DNA from: Kofleriaceae bacterium
GTDB lineage: Bacteria > Myxococcota_A > Polyangia > Haliangiales > Haliangiaceae
Assembly (NCBI GenBank): GCA_048500355.1
Contig: JASNYD010000006.1
Location: 544,211 to 608,210, forward strand
Length of the DNA: 64,000 nt
Direction: 5' to 3'
Positions within the stretch are counted from its first letter, which is position 1. The number at the start of each line of letters is the position of its first letter. The notes beneath the pieces were generated by a model. That model made no database searches. It saw nothing but the letters and a program-made list of their open reading frames with translations, and had not been told where the DNA came from. This document shows positions 23,002 to 36,485 of this stretch, piece by piece. Position numbers and translations under genes: made by a program.

Positions 23002-24465
23002 TCAGGCGCTGGCGCGGGCGGCGCGCTGGCCGCGGGCGAGCTGATCGTGGGCGAGGTGGGCGAGCAGGTCGAGGGCGCCCGTCACCCGCGGCGTCAGCGG
23101 CGCGCCGCACGACAGGCGCACGCAGCTCGCGAAGCGCTGCTGGCGGGCCGAGAAGATGGGGCCGGGGGCGATCGCGACGCCGCGGGCCAGCGCCCGCTCC
23201 TGCAGGGTCAGGGCGTCGACCGCCGGCGGCAGCTCGACCCACAGGACGAAGCCGCCGCGCGGCGCGGACACCCGCGTGCCCTCGGGGAAGCGGGCGAGGA
23301 CCGCGTCGCGGTACGTGGCGACCTGGCCGGCGACGGCGTGGCGCAGCCGGCGGAGGTGGCGATCGTAGCCGCCCGAGGCCAGCATCTCGGCGACCGCCAT
23401 GCACGGCAGGGTCGGGCATGCCAGCGACTGCGAGAACTTGAGGCGCTCGACGGCGTCCTGCCAGCGCCCGGCGGCGATCCAGCCCACGCGGTAGCCGGGC
23501 GCCAGGGTCTTGGACACCGAGCCGCACAGGAGCACCCGCCCGTCGCGGTCGAAGGCCTTGAGCGGGCGCGGCCGGGTGCCGTCGAAGCACAGGTCGCCGT
23601 AGACGTCGTCCTCGATGATCGGCAGGTCGTGGCGCACCGCCAGATCGTAGAGGCGGGCGCGGGCGTCGTCGGGCATGACCGAGCCCAGCGGGTTGGCGGC
23701 GGTCGGCATGCACACGATGGCGCGGACCGGCGTGGCGCGCAGGGTCGCCGCCAGGGCGTCGAGATCGAAGCCGGTGCGGGGGTGGGCCGGGACCTCGACG
23801 ACCTTCATCCCCAGGCCCTCGATCGCCTGCAGGATGCCGAAGTAGGTCGGCGACTCGACCAGGATGGCGTCGCCCGGCCGCGCCACCGCGCGCAGGCCGA
23901 GGGTGATGGCCTCGGTCGCGCCGATCGTGGTCACGAAGTCGTCCTCGGTGAGCGGGCTGCCCCATGCCACCGACCGCCGCGCCAGCGCCCGGCGCAGGGT
24001 CGGCAGGCCGGGCGGCGCGTCGTCGCGCGCGCCCAGCGTCGAGACCTCACGCGCCAGCGCCGCCGCGATCCGGTTGAGCGCCGCCACCCGCAGGGTCGCC
24101 GGGTCGAGGTAGGCCGCGGCCAGCGGCACGACGCCGGGATCGCGCAACGCGGCGATCAGCCGCCCGACGCCGTCGGACACCGCCGGCCGGGTCGCGGTCA
24201 TCGCCTTGCGCGGCGGCCGCGGCGTCGCGCCCTCCGCCGCCTTGCGGCGGACGAAGAACCCCGACTTCGGCCGGGCCTCGACCAGCCCGGCGCCCTCGAG
24301 CACGCCGTAGGCCTGGACCACGGTCGCGACGCTGACGTCGCGATCCTCGGCCAGCCGCCGCACCGACGGCATGCGCTCGCCGGGCCTGAGCGCGCCGCGC
24401 TCGATCGCGTCGCCGAGCTCGGCGGCGAGCTGCTCGTAGAGAAAGTCGGTGGCGGCGGCGGGCAC
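23002..24465 (-). CDS. MocR/PdxR-type GntR-family transcriptional regulator with fused PLP aminotransferase domain
   Basis: N-terminal winged HTH (LPSVRRLAEDRDVSVATVVQAYGVLEGAGLV) plus an aminotransferase class I fold (SVSKTLAPGYRVGW PLP-lysine region). Confidence 0.85.
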   Translation of the reverse strand: MPAAATDFLYEQLAAELGDAIERGALRPGERMPSVRRLAEDRDVSVATVVQAYGVLEGAGLVEARPKSGFFVRRKAAEGATPRPPRKAMTATRPAVSDGVGRLIAALRDPGVVPLAAAYLDPATLRVAALNRIAAALAREVSTLGARDDAPPGLPTLRRALARRSVAWGSPLTEDDFVTTIGATEAITLGLRAVARPGDAILVESPTYFGILQAIEGLGMKVVEVPAHPRTGFDLDALAATLRATPVRAIVCMPTAANPLGSVMPDDARARLYDLAVRHDLPIIEDDVYGDLCFDGTRPRPLKAFDRDGRVLLCGSVSKTLAPGYRVGWIAAGRWQDAVERLKFSQSLACPTLPCMAVAEMLASGGYDRHLRRLRHAVAGQVATYRDAVLARFPEGTRVSAPRGGFVLWVELPPAVDALTLQERALARGVAIAPGPIFSARQQRFASCVRLSCGAPLTPRVTGALDLLAHLAHDQLARGQRAARASA

Positions 24466-24677
24466 GGCGGGACGAATTGTACCTGTCGCCTGGTGGCTCG
24501 ACCATCACAGTCGTGTGGTCGGCGGGCGGTTCACTGTACTGGCTCATATTTCCACTCCTCTCTTCTGTGCTGGTCCGGGTCGTTCGCTCTGTCGCTGGGC
24601 GACGGGCGGCGGCGTGCCAAGCTTGCTCGCCGTGCCCCCCGCCGCCGCCGGTCCGCTGCCCGTCGAGACCTCACCCG

Positions 24678-25546
24678 TGCCCGCCCTCGGCGACCGTCGC
24701 CTGGCGCTGTTCGCCGCCCTGGCCGCGGTCTACGTGATCTGGGGCTCGACCTACCTGGTGATGCGGATCGCGGTCGAGACCCTGCCGCCGCTGCTCATGG
24801 GCGCGGTCCGGTTCTCGATCGCGGGCGCGATCCTCCTGGTGATCGCGGCGGCTCGCGGCGCCGCGTGGCCGACGGCGCGGCAGTGGCTGCTCGCGCTGCC
24901 GGTGGGCGCGCTCCTGTTCGTCGGCGGCAACGGCCTGGTGGCGATCGCCGAGACCGAGGTCAGCTCGGGGGCGGCGGCGCTGGTGTGCGCGACGATGCCG
25001 CTGTGGATGGCGGTGTTCGCGGCGATCGCCGGCGAGCGCCCCACCGCCCGCGAGTGGCTGGGCGTCGCCGTCGGCATCGGCGGCGTCGCCGTGCTGGTGT
25101 CGGGCGCCGAGCTGTCGGCGGCGCCGGCGGCGGCGGCGGTCCTGGCCGGGGCGCCGGTGGCGTGGGCGCTGGGCTCGCTGCTCGCCCGCCGCCTGCCGCT
25201 GGCCACCGGGCTGATGGCGGCCGCCAGCCAGCAGCTCGCCGGCGGCGTCGCCCTCGCCGCCGTCGGCCTGATCCGCGGCGAGCGGCTGCCCACGAGCTGG
25301 ACCTTCGACGCGCTGTGGTCGGTGGCGTACCTCATCGTCCTCGGCTCGCTGGTGGCCTTCACCGCGTACTCGTGGTTGCTCCGCAACGCGCGGCCGGCGG
25401 TGGCCACCAGCTACTCGTTCGTCAATCCGCCGCTGGCGGTGCTGCTGGGCGCGCTGCTCGGCGCCGAGCAGGTCGGGGCCGCCACGCTGATCGCGACGCC
25501 GCTGGTGATCGCGGCGGTGGCGCTGGTGGTCAGCGGGAAGCGCTGA
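24678..25546 (+). CDS. yedA: EamA/DMT-family transporter (YedA-like)
   Basis: Ten-TM DMT protein. The VIWGSTYLVMRIAVETLPPLLMGAVRF block aligns well with E. coli YedA (IIWGSTYFVIRIGVESWPPLMMAGVRF). GTG 24678 is chosen to match the YedA N-terminal length; GTG 24614 is an alternative. Divergent from the MocR regulator. Confidence 0.8.
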
Positions 25547-25556
25547 CGGGCGCGGG

Positions 25557-26423
25557 TCAGGCCGGCGGGCCGGGCGTCGCGGCGCGGGCGACCTCGGCGC
25601 GGGCGGCCTCGGCGCGGGCGAGGAGCTCGCCGGCGAGGTGGTAGTTGTCGTTGCGGTCGGGGTGGAAGTCGCGGCGCAGGTACTCGCGGATGCCGCGCGC
25701 GAACACGCGCTGGAAGACGGGCCGCGGCGTGCGGACCCCGGCGGCGGCCGCGGCCTGGCGCATCGCGCGCAGCCGGCGCACCGCCGCGACGGGGCCGATG
25801 CCGTCCTGGCGCAGCAGCATGAGCGCGGCCACCGCCCACCACGTCGACAGCATCACGGTCGCCACCGCCAGGCCGGCGACGCGCCGCGCGTACGACGGGT
25901 CGACCGCCTGCAGCACGTCGAACGCCACCGACTTGTGCTCGAGCTCCTCGGCGGCGTGCCACAGGAGCAGCTCGCGCATCGCCGGGTGGACGAGGTCGTA
26001 CGGCATCTCGGTGGCCGCGCCCTCGGCCATGATCGCCGTGAAGTGCTCGGCGGCGGCGGTGGCGGCCAGGCGCAGCTCCGGCGACTGCAGCTTCTCGAGC
26101 CGCGACGTCACCCAGGCGTACGCCTTCAGGAAGCGATCGATCTCGTAGCCGTGGGCGCGCAGGGTGTCGAAGTAGTCCTCGTGGGCGCGGGCGTGGCGTC
26201 CCTCCTGGTGGCCGAAGCCCTTGATGGCGGCGCGCAGCTCCGGGTCCTCGATGCGATCGAGGAAGTGGTAGACCGAGCGCACGAAGAAACGCTCGCCGTG
26301 GGGGAACAGCAGGTTCACCCCGTTGGCGATCTGGGTGGGGACCGGCAGGCCGCCGAACCAGTGGCGCGGCACCTGCTCGAAGCCGAGGGGTGGCTTGCGC
26401 GGGGTGATGGCGGGGCGGGTCAT
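25557..26423 (-). CDS. predicted metal-dependent hydrolase family protein
   Basis: ATG 26423 follows a strong SD (ggaggcaacccc). His/Glu-rich motifs (HQEGRHARAHEDYF, HAAEELEHKS) are typical of that family. Confidence 0.65.
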   Translation of the reverse strand: MTRPAITPRKPPLGFEQVPRHWFGGLPVPTQIANGVNLLFPHGERFFVRSVYHFLDRIEDPELRAAIKGFGHQEGRHARAHEDYFDTLRAHGYEIDRFLKAYAWVTSRLEKLQSPELRLAATAAAEHFTAIMAEGAATEMPYDLVHPAMRELLLWHAAEELEHKSVAFDVLQAVDPSYARRVAGLAVATVMLSTWWAVAALMLLRQDGIGPVAAVRRLRAMRQAAAAAGVRTPRPVFQRVFARGIREYLRRDFHPDRNDNYHLAGELLARAEAARAEVARAATPGPPA

Positions 26424-26457
26424 GGGGTTGCCTCCATGACCTCCAGCCTGGATCTGT

Positions 26458-26492
26458 ATTGACCACAAGTCAATAGCAGATCGGTCAATAGC
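26458..26492. promoter_or_regulatory. candidate TetR operator: ATTGAC-cacaa-GTCAAT perfect inverted repeat plus a second GTCAATAGC half-site copy
   Basis: An AT-rich palindrome in the divergent intergenic region between the hydrolase gene and the TetR gene. The direct repeat gtcaatagc occurs twice. Confidence 0.5.
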
Positions 26493-26529
26493 CGAAAGTT
26501 CCTTCGATCGTGGACACTTCCCTGTTCCC

Positions 26530-27264
26530 TTGCATGGGGCGCGAGGAACGCGGTATCGGTTCGGGATGGCCGTGATCCGCGGGCTCCGTCGCCGCCGCCG
26601 CGCCGCCGCCAGCGGCGACGAGCCGGCGCGCCCGCGCCGCCCGCGCCGCCGGATCCGGCTCGAGAACGACCAGCGCAAGGCCCAGCTCCTCGCGCTGGGC
26701 CAGCAGGCGTTCTCCGAGCGCACCTACGACGAGGTGTCGATCGACGACATCGCGCGCGCCGCCGGCATCTCCAAGGGCCTCCTCTATCACTACTTCCCGA
26801 CCAAGCGCGACCTCTACCTCGCCGGCCTGCGCGCCACCGCCGCCGATCTGATCGAGCGCACGACCGCGGCGGCCTCCCCCGAGCTGCCGCCGCTCGATCG
26901 GATGCGGGCCGGCCTCGACGCCTACCTCGACCACGTCTCGCGCCAGGCCCGCCCGTTCGTCGCGCTGATGCGCGGCGGCATCGGCTCCGATCCGGAGGTC
27001 GTCGGGGTCATCGAGGGGGTGCGGGCGACGTACGTCGAGCACTTCCTCGACAACGCCGAGGGCACGCCGCTGGCCGGCCTGGCGCTGGCCAACCGGCCGC
27101 TGCTGCGGATCGCGGTGCGCGGGTGGATCGGCTTCGTCGAGGCCGCCAGCCTGGAATGGCTGTCGCGCAAGGACGTCGAGCGGACGACCTTGCGCGACCT
27201 CCTGGTCGACGCGCTGCTGGCCTCGCTGCGGCTGGGCGCGGCGGCTGGCCCCGCGCCGAGCTGA
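26530..27264 (+). CDS. TetR/AcrR family transcriptional regulator
   Basis: HTH YDEVSIDDIARAAGISKGLLYHYFPTKRDLY. The internal ATG at 26566 is an alternative start. Confidence 0.8.
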   Translation: MHGARGTRYRFGMAVIRGLRRRRRAAASGDEPARPRRPRRRIRLENDQRKAQLLALGQQAFSERTYDEVSIDDIARAAGISKGLLYHYFPTKRDLYLAGLRATAADLIERTTAAASPELPPLDRMRAGLDAYLDHVSRQARPFVALMRGGIGSDPEVVGVIEGVRATYVEHFLDNAEGTPLAGLALANRPLLRIAVRGWIGFVEAASLEWLSRKDVERTTLRDLLVDALLASLRLGAAAGPAPS

Positions 27265-27284
27265 GCTGCGGCGCGGCGGGACGG

Positions 27285-27806
27285 TCAACGGCGCTCGTAG
27301 GTGAGGAGCAGGCCCGGCTCGCCGCGGTGGCGGGTCTCGATGCACGAGATCCGGGTGAAGCCGGCGCGCTCGGCGACGCGGAGGGAGGCGGTGTTCTGGC
27401 CCTCCATCACCGCGATCACGCGGGCGAGCCGGCGCGGGCCCAGGAGCCAGTGGCAGATGCCGTCGACGGCGGCGGTGGCCAGCCCCTGGCGCTGGTGGGC
27501 GGGGGCGATCGTGTAGCCGATCTCGGCGGAGGCGGCGTCCACCAGGCGCACGCCGAGGTCGCCGACCAGCGCGCCGTCGGCGGCGCGCTCGATCGCGAGC
27601 TGGAACCAGGGGCCGGGCGCGTCGCACGGCTCGCGCGCGGTCATCGCCTGCAGGTCGCGCTCGATCTCGCCCGGATCGACCACGCCCCAGCCCTGGTAGC
27701 GGGCCACCTCCGGCAGGCGGCGGTAGGCGACCACCGCCGGGACCTCCGCCATCGCCAGCCGTCGCAGTCGCACCGGCCCGGCTGCCAGGGGGTCGCTCCA
27801 GGTCAT
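27285..27806 (-). CDS. GNAT family N-acetyltransferase
   Basis: 173 aa. IGYTIAPAHQRQGLATAAVDGICHW is acetyl-CoA binding motif A (Q/RxxGxG/A). Confidence 0.8.
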   Translation of the reverse strand: MTWSDPLAAGPVRLRRLAMAEVPAVVAYRRLPEVARYQGWGVVDPGEIERDLQAMTAREPCDAPGPWFQLAIERAADGALVGDLGVRLVDAASAEIGYTIAPAHQRQGLATAAVDGICHWLLGPRRLARVIAVMEGQNTASLRVAERAGFTRISCIETRHRGEPGLLLTYERR

Positions 27807-27971
27807 GGCTGATGGTCGGCCGTCGGGGGCCCGACCGCAACCCGGGGACGCCGAGCGAGCGCCGCGCGAACCGCAACCCCGGGCGGCCACCCGGGCCCGT
27901 GGCCCGGCAACGGACTGTTGCGCCGCCACGCCCTTCCCTGGCGACGACCGCGGACGCACCATCGCTCCATC

Positions 27972-28676
<705 letters not shown>

Positions 28677-28959
28677 CGGGACGGGACGGCACGGGACGGG
28701 ACGGCACGGGGAGCGGACGTGCGCGGAGGCGCGGAGGCGCGGGGCCGTGGCGGCCGGCATCGCCGGCGCGGGCGCGCGTCACCCCGGTCGGGTGATCGTC
28801 GCGCGCCGCGGCCCATCACCCGGACGCTAGTACGTCGCCGCTCGCCGCGACCTTCCCTGCGCGGCCGCACGATCGGATCGATCGCGCGCGTCGCCCGATC
28901 TCCGGCGAAAAGTGCGCGCGCGTCCGGTCCAGATCGCGGCGCTCGTCGTACGCGGCGCC

Positions 28960-31785
28960 ATGCACCTCCCACGCTGCTCCTCCCTGGTCGCGGTGCTCGT
29001 CACCGCGCTCACGTTCTCCGCCTGCGCCGATCGGCCACCGGGCGCCGAGCCCGACGCCGACGCCGGTGACGGCGCCGCGTCGCCGTCCGCCGCCGCGACC
29101 GCGACCGATCCTGCGCTCGCCGCGGTCGGCCACCACTTCGCCCCCGGCCAGGTCATCGTCAAGCTGACGCGCGCGATCGATCCGGCCGCGCCGCTCGACC
29201 TCGCCGGCCTCACGCTGCGGCCGCTGAAGCCGCTGCCGTCCGGCACCTGGCTCATGCAGCTCGATGACGGCCACCTCGCCCGTCGCGCCGACGTGGCGGC
29301 CGCCACGCTCGACGCCCTCGATCAGCTCCGCGCCGATCCCGCCGTCGAGTACGCGCACGAGAACGCCGCCTTCGCGCTGTCGCTCGCCCCCAGCGATCCC
29401 GAGGCGCACCCGGTGAGCGGGCGCCAGGCCTGGGCGCTCCACCAGACCAACCTGTACGCGGCCTGGGACGTGACCCAGGGGTCGACCGGCGTGCGCATCG
29501 CCCTCATCGACTCCGGCCGGCGCGAGCACCCCGACCTCGTCGGCCGCTGGGCCCCGGGCTACGACTTCATCTGGGACGACGCCGACCCCACCGACGATCC
29601 GGCCACCCACCCCGGAGGCTTCGACTGGGCCCACGGCGTCCACGTCGCCGGGATCGCCGGCGCCCGCGCCAACAACGCCACCGGCGGCGCCGGCGTGTGC
29701 TGGAACTGTCCGCTCGTCCCGCTGCGCGTGACCCCGTCGTTCAGCACCGCGCTCAACCCGATCGGGATCGCCTACGTCGCCGAGCTCGAGCTGGCCGTGG
29801 CCTGGGCCGCCGGGCCCGACGGCGGTCCCCGCCGGGCCGAGGTCATCAACTTCAGCCTCAACCACCAGACCCTCACCGACTGCCACGACCCGCTGTTCAC
29901 CGGCTTCCGCCAGCAGGTCGAGCGCGCGATCGCGCGCGGCGTCGTGGTCGTGAGCTCGGCTGGCAACCTGCCCACGCAGAACGGCGTCACCGCGCCGCGG
30001 GTGCCGGCGACCTGCCCCGGCGTGATCGCGGTGATCGCCAGCGCACCCGGCGGCACGATCCCGGCGTACTCGGCGCGCGGCGCCGGCACCGACCTGGTGG
30101 CGCCCGGCGGCGGCCTCGACCTGGAGATGCACTACGGCGCGGGCGTGGGCTGCCCGACCCCGATCTACGGCGATGGCACCCAGGGCGTGTTCGCGCCGTG
30201 GTCGTACCGGGACGGCGGCCCGGACCTGCACTGCTACCGTCACCTGTCGGGGACGTCGATGGCCGCGCCCCACGTCAGCGGCGTGGTGGCGCTGATGCGG
30301 TCGGTCAACGCGTCCCTGACCCCGGCCCAGATCGAGCAGTACCTCCTGGCCACCGCCCGCCTCGATCGGGTCACCTGTCCGGCTCCCGGACAGTGCGGTG
30401 CCGGCATGATCGACGCCCACGCCGCGGTGCTGGCCGCCCGCGACGGGCTCGGCCCCGATCTCGTGGTCACGCCGACCGCGCTCGCCTTCCCGCCGACGCG
30501 CCTGACCACGACCTCGGCGCCGCTCGCGCTCGCCGTGCGCAACGCCGCCGCCGGCACCCTCACCGCCCAGATCGGGGCCCCGCCCCAGCTCCTCCTGGCC
30601 TGCGCCGGCGGCCCCTGCTCGTGCAGCTCGGCGGCGGCCTGCACCGTGTCGGCCGGCGGCGGCCAGCAGGCGACCCTGCACGTGCGCTACGCCCCCACCG
30701 CCGCCGGCCCGTTCGCGGCCAACCTCACCGTGCAGTCGAACGATCCCGGCGAGCCGTCGGTGGTGGTCCCGGTCACCGGCACCGGCACCGTCAGCGTGGC
30801 CAGCATCTCGCCCGACGTCATGCACTTCGGCTTCGTCCCGGTCGGCACGACGTCGCCGGCGCAGACCGTGACCCTGGTCAACGCCGGCACCGCGCCGCTG
30901 ACGCTCACCGCGCTGTCGCCCACCGGCCACGTCGGGGACTACGTGATCACGCCGGTGACGCCGGTGCCGACCACGGTCGCGCCCGGCGGCTCGGCCACGG
31001 TCGCCGTCCGCTGCGCGCCGACCTCGGCCGGCCGCAAGACGATCATGCTCGCGCTGGTCAACGACGCCAACGTCCCGGGCCAGCCGGTCGACATCCGCTG
31101 CGAGGCGGTCGCCCCCGAGGCCCGGCTGGTCGTCGCCGACCCCGGCCCGCACTTCGGCGGCGTCCCGGTCGGGACGGCCGCGAGCCGCGCCGTGTACGTC
31201 CTCAACGTCTCGCCGGGCACCACGACGCTGGCGTTCACCCTGAGCCGACCGGCCGCGCCGTTCCGCCTCACCTGCACCTCGGGCTGCGCGTGCACGACCA
31301 CCGCGTGCGCCGGCACGGTCACCAGCGGCCAGGGCGAGGCGCGCCTGACCCTGGAGTACGCGCCGACCGCGATCACCAGCCACGCCGCGACCCTGGCCTT
31401 CACCTCGACCGCCCCCAACCTGCCCACCGCGTCGATCGCGACGACCGGCACCGGCGTCCCCGGGCGGCTCGAGGTGCTCCAGCCGACGAGCGGCGCCCTC
31501 GAGCTCACCGACGGGGCGCTCACGGGATCCGTGATCGTCCGCAACCCCGGCGCCCTGCCGGTCGCGCTCGGGGGCTGGACCGTCGAGCCCGCGACGAAGG
31601 CGGACGACGTCTTCACGGTGTCCGGTCCCAAGCTCGCCTCGCTGGCGCCGGGCGCGGTGACGAGCTGGAGCGTCACCTGCGCGCCGACCCTCCGCACCGG
31701 CGTCCACCGGGGGCGGCTCCTCCTCGTGGTCGACGGCACCAAGTACAACCTCGTCGAGCTGGTCTGCCGGGTGGGCCCGTCCTGA
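28960..31785 (+). CDS. S8 family serine peptidase (subtilase) lipoprotein with long C-terminal Cys-containing beta-domain repeats
   Basis: Signal [22 protein letters not shown]. Catalytic triad regions IALIDSGR (Asp), [11 protein letters not shown] (His), [15 protein letters not shown] (Ser). About 500 aa of repeated Thr/Ala-rich PapD-like/choice-of-anchor-type domains follow. Confidence 0.85.
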   Translation: MHLPRCSSLVAVLVTALTFSACADRPPGAEPDADAGDGAASPSAAATATDPALAAVGHHFAPGQVIVKLTRAIDPAAPLDLAGLTLRPLKPLPSGTWLMQLDDGHLARRADVAAATLDALDQLRADPAVEYAHENAAFALSLAPSDPEAHPVSGRQAWALHQTNLYAAWDVTQGSTGVRIALIDSGRREHPDLVGRWAPGYDFIWDDADPTDDPATHPGGFDWAHGVHVAGIAGARANNATGGAGVCWNCPLVPLRVTPSFSTALNPIGIAYVAELELAVAWAAGPDGGPRRAEVINFSLNHQTLTDCHDPLFTGFRQQVERAIARGVVVVSSAGNLPTQNGVTAPRVPATCPGVIAVIASAPGGTIPAYSARGAGTDLVAPGGGLDLEMHYGAGVGCPTPIYGDGTQGVFAPWSYRDGGPDLHCYRHLSGTSMAAPHVSGVVALMRSVNASLTPAQIEQYLLATARLDRVTCPAPGQCGAGMIDAHAAVLAARDGLGPDLVVTPTALAFPPTRLTTTSAPLALAVRNAAAGTLTAQIGAPPQLLLACAGGPCSCSSAAACTVSAGGGQQATLHVRYAPTAAGPFAANLTVQSNDPGEPSVVVPVTGTGTVSVASISPDVMHFGFVPVGTTSPAQTVTLVNAGTAPLTLTALSPTGHVGDYVITPVTPVPTTVAPGGSATVAVRCAPTSAGRKTIMLALVNDANVPGQPVDIRCEAVAPEARLVVADPGPHFGGVPVGTAASRAVYVLNVSPGTTTLAFTLSRPAAPFRLTCTSGCACTTTACAGTVTSGQGEARLTLEYAPTAITSHAATLAFTSTAPNLPTASIATTGTGVPGRLEVLQPTSGALELTDGALTGSVIVRNPGALPVALGGWTVEPATKADDVFTVSGPKLASLAPGAVTSWSVTCAPTLRTGVHRGRLLLVVDGTKYNLVELVCRVGPS

Positions 31786-31827
31786 CGCGCCGCCGCGCCC
31801 CCGCCGCCCCGGACCGCCGCGCCGCCG

Positions 31828-34260
<2,433 letters not shown>

Positions 34261-34520
34261 GCGGCTACTCTATGCCCACCCCCCGGGGAAGCAAGTTCCG
34301 GGCAAGCCCTGGAGGCCCGGGTAGGTGATCCGCGCGGCTCCGGATCCGGAGCGGATCTGGTTGGAGACTCAAGGGTTTTGTCGTGGTAGTTCTGCCATAC
34401 CCACCGTGGCATCTGAGCCATATCGCCCGCTCGGGGTGGATCGGCTAACGCCGCGCGGCGGCCCAGATCCGCACCGGACCCGCGTGAGGCTCCATACGGT
34501 CGGCAGGGACGGTATGGCTG

Positions 34521-36188
34521 GTGCTCTATCTGATGGCGCCCCCCATGGTCACCCACGCACCCGAGGTCTATCTCGTCGTCGACAACGCCCGGGCGCAGGC
34601 GCTGACCCGCGCGTGGGACCGCTACGACGATCCCTCGATCGCCGCGGTCGACGTCTACTTCCGCCCCACCACCGACGTCGCGCTGGTCGCCGTCCACCTC
34701 CACAGCGGGCGTGACCGCGGGCGCTGGATCGGCCAGGTGGTGGCGAGCGGCGTGGCGGTGATCGATCCCGCGCGCATGGGCGACGGCGATCGGCGCGCGT
34801 TCTTCGCGACCTACCTGCAGTCGTACGAGGTCGTCGCGCGCGGGTGCCCCGGCGTGGCGCGAGCGATGAGCGCGCTGCGGGCTCGCACCGGCGCGCGCGG
34901 CACCGGGCCCGCCCTGGCGATCCCCGACGTGCCGGGGCCCCGCCGCCTGGGATCGGAGCCGCCGCCGGCGCGGCCGGCGACCGAGCCGCCGGCGCTGCCG
35001 CCGATCCCGCCGGGCCCGGCGAGCCGGCGCGCCACCACCCTCGGCCTGGGCGCGATCCGCGAGCCGGCGGAGGCGAGCGCCGACGACGCCGGGCGGCCCG
35101 AGCGCTGGCCGGGCGCGAGCGAGCCGCGGCCCGACGACGAGGGCGAGGACGCGGCCCAGGCCCGGGAGCGGGCGCCCACGGTCGAGTACCGCGGCCGCGA
35201 CACCGAGCCGCTCGCGCCGCCGCCGGCGACCGAGCCGACGGAGCCGGTCACCGTGCGCTTCCTGCGCGGCGGCTCGTGGGCGCCGGCGCGCCTGCGCTCG
35301 CTGTCGGCGCGCGGCGCCTACCTGGTCACCGGCGCGCCGCCGCGGCTCGGCGACGAGGTCCACATCGCCCTCGACCTCGCCGAGGTCTCGGCGGTCGTGA
35401 AGGGCACCGTCTACCACGTGACCACGGCCCGCGACGCCGCCGAGACCGGCTCGAGCGGCTTCGCGGTCCGCTTCGCCACCGAGCCCGGGCCCGCGCGCGA
35501 TCGGCTCGTCGAGCTCCTGCAGCGCGCGCGCGGCGCGGGCATCGTGATCCGGCCGCCGCCGTCGCGGACGTCGGTGCGCTTCCCGGTGCGCTGCCCGGTG
35601 GCGCTGCGCGGCGGCGACGGCATCGAGGGCGACGTCCTCGACGTCTCGCTGGGCGGCCTGTTCATCAGCCCGCGCCGGCCGCTGCGCGATCCGGTGGTGA
35701 CCGCGGTCGTGCCCATCGACGTCGGCGATCCGCCGATCGAGCTGCGGGCGCGGGTGGCGCGCGCGATCAGCTCGGCCGACGCGGTCAAGCGCGGCCTCAC
35801 CGCCGGCTACGGCCTCGAGATCGTCGACATGAGCGAGGGCGACCGCGTGCGCTGGAGCCGCTTCCTGTCGCGGGTGGAGCGCCGCGCCGGCAAGTCGGTG
35901 CTGGTGGGGGCGGCGCCGCGCCGGCTCGAGGCCATCGCCCGCGCCCTCACCGACGCCGGCTACGCCGTGACCTCGAGCGCCGACGCCGGCGCCCTGGTCC
36001 GCCTCGCCGACGGCCCCACCCTCCCCGACGTCGCGGTCATCGACGAGAGCCTGCTCGACCAGGGGGTGAGCGCGGTCTGGCTCGAGCAGATGTTCACGCA
36101 GCGCCAGGTGCCGTGCATCACGGTGCGCGGCGACGCCGCCCGCGCCCGCATGGTCGTCGATCGGTTGCTGGCGGTCGCGGCGAGCTGA
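34521..36188 (+). CDS. tandem PilZ-domain protein with C-terminal receiver(CheY)-like domain
   Basis: Two blocks with the PilZ pattern (RxxxR ... D/NxSxGG: RFLRGG...DEVHIAL and [13 protein letters not shown]...[13 protein letters not shown]). C-terminal KSVLVGAAP...VAVIDESL is receiver-like. A long Pro/Ala-rich linker separates the domains. Confidence 0.65.
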   Translation: MLYLMAPPMVTHAPEVYLVVDNARAQALTRAWDRYDDPSIAAVDVYFRPTTDVALVAVHLHSGRDRGRWIGQVVASGVAVIDPARMGDGDRRAFFATYLQSYEVVARGCPGVARAMSALRARTGARGTGPALAIPDVPGPRRLGSEPPPARPATEPPALPPIPPGPASRRATTLGLGAIREPAEASADDAGRPERWPGASEPRPDDEGEDAAQARERAPTVEYRGRDTEPLAPPPATEPTEPVTVRFLRGGSWAPARLRSLSARGAYLVTGAPPRLGDEVHIALDLAEVSAVVKGTVYHVTTARDAAETGSSGFAVRFATEPGPARDRLVELLQRARGAGIVIRPPPSRTSVRFPVRCPVALRGGDGIEGDVLDVSLGGLFISPRRPLRDPVVTAVVPIDVGDPPIELRARVARAISSADAVKRGLTAGYGLEIVDMSEGDRVRWSRFLSRVERRAGKSVLVGAAPRRLEAIARALTDAGYAVTSSADAGALVRLADGPTLPDVAVIDESLLDQGVSAVWLEQMFTQRQVPCITVRGDAARARMVVDRLLAVAAS

Positions 36189-36216
36189 CGCGGACTGTGG
36201 GCCACTGGCCGCGGGT

Positions 36217-36366
36217 GCGAGGCCGGGGCCGGGGCCGAGGCCGGGGCCGAGCCCGGGGCCGAGGCCGGATCCGAGCCCGAGCCCGGATCCGAGCCCGAGC
36301 CCGGATCCGAGGGGGCCGAGCCCGAGACCGAGCCCGAGGCCGGGTCCGAACCCGAGTCCGAGGCCA
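36217..36366. repeat. short (GRRNCC)n hexanucleotide array (gaggcc/ggggcc/gagccc/ggatcc), about 25 units
   Basis: Same family and orientation as the other two arrays. Lies between the PilZ gene stop (36188) and the next gene start (36486). Confidence 0.8.
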
Positions 36367-36485
36367 CGCTCACCAGGCTTTGCCACTCCCCGCCACCCGC
36401 GGCGGGCAACCGCGGCGGCTACGATGGGTCTCCTTCGCAGCCGACCTCCCTCCCCGGCTGCGCGCGCGTCGCGCGAGGTGATGGC

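Noticed and set aside
18983-23044. 1353-aa ORF and the overlapping 19239..20807 ORF translating the hexamer array as GLGFGSGLG...
   Set aside because: Low-complexity and Arg-rich. It crosses the FAD oxidoreductase and phzF on the wrong strand or frame. Repeat-derived peptide runs have no start codon context and are flanked by real genes.
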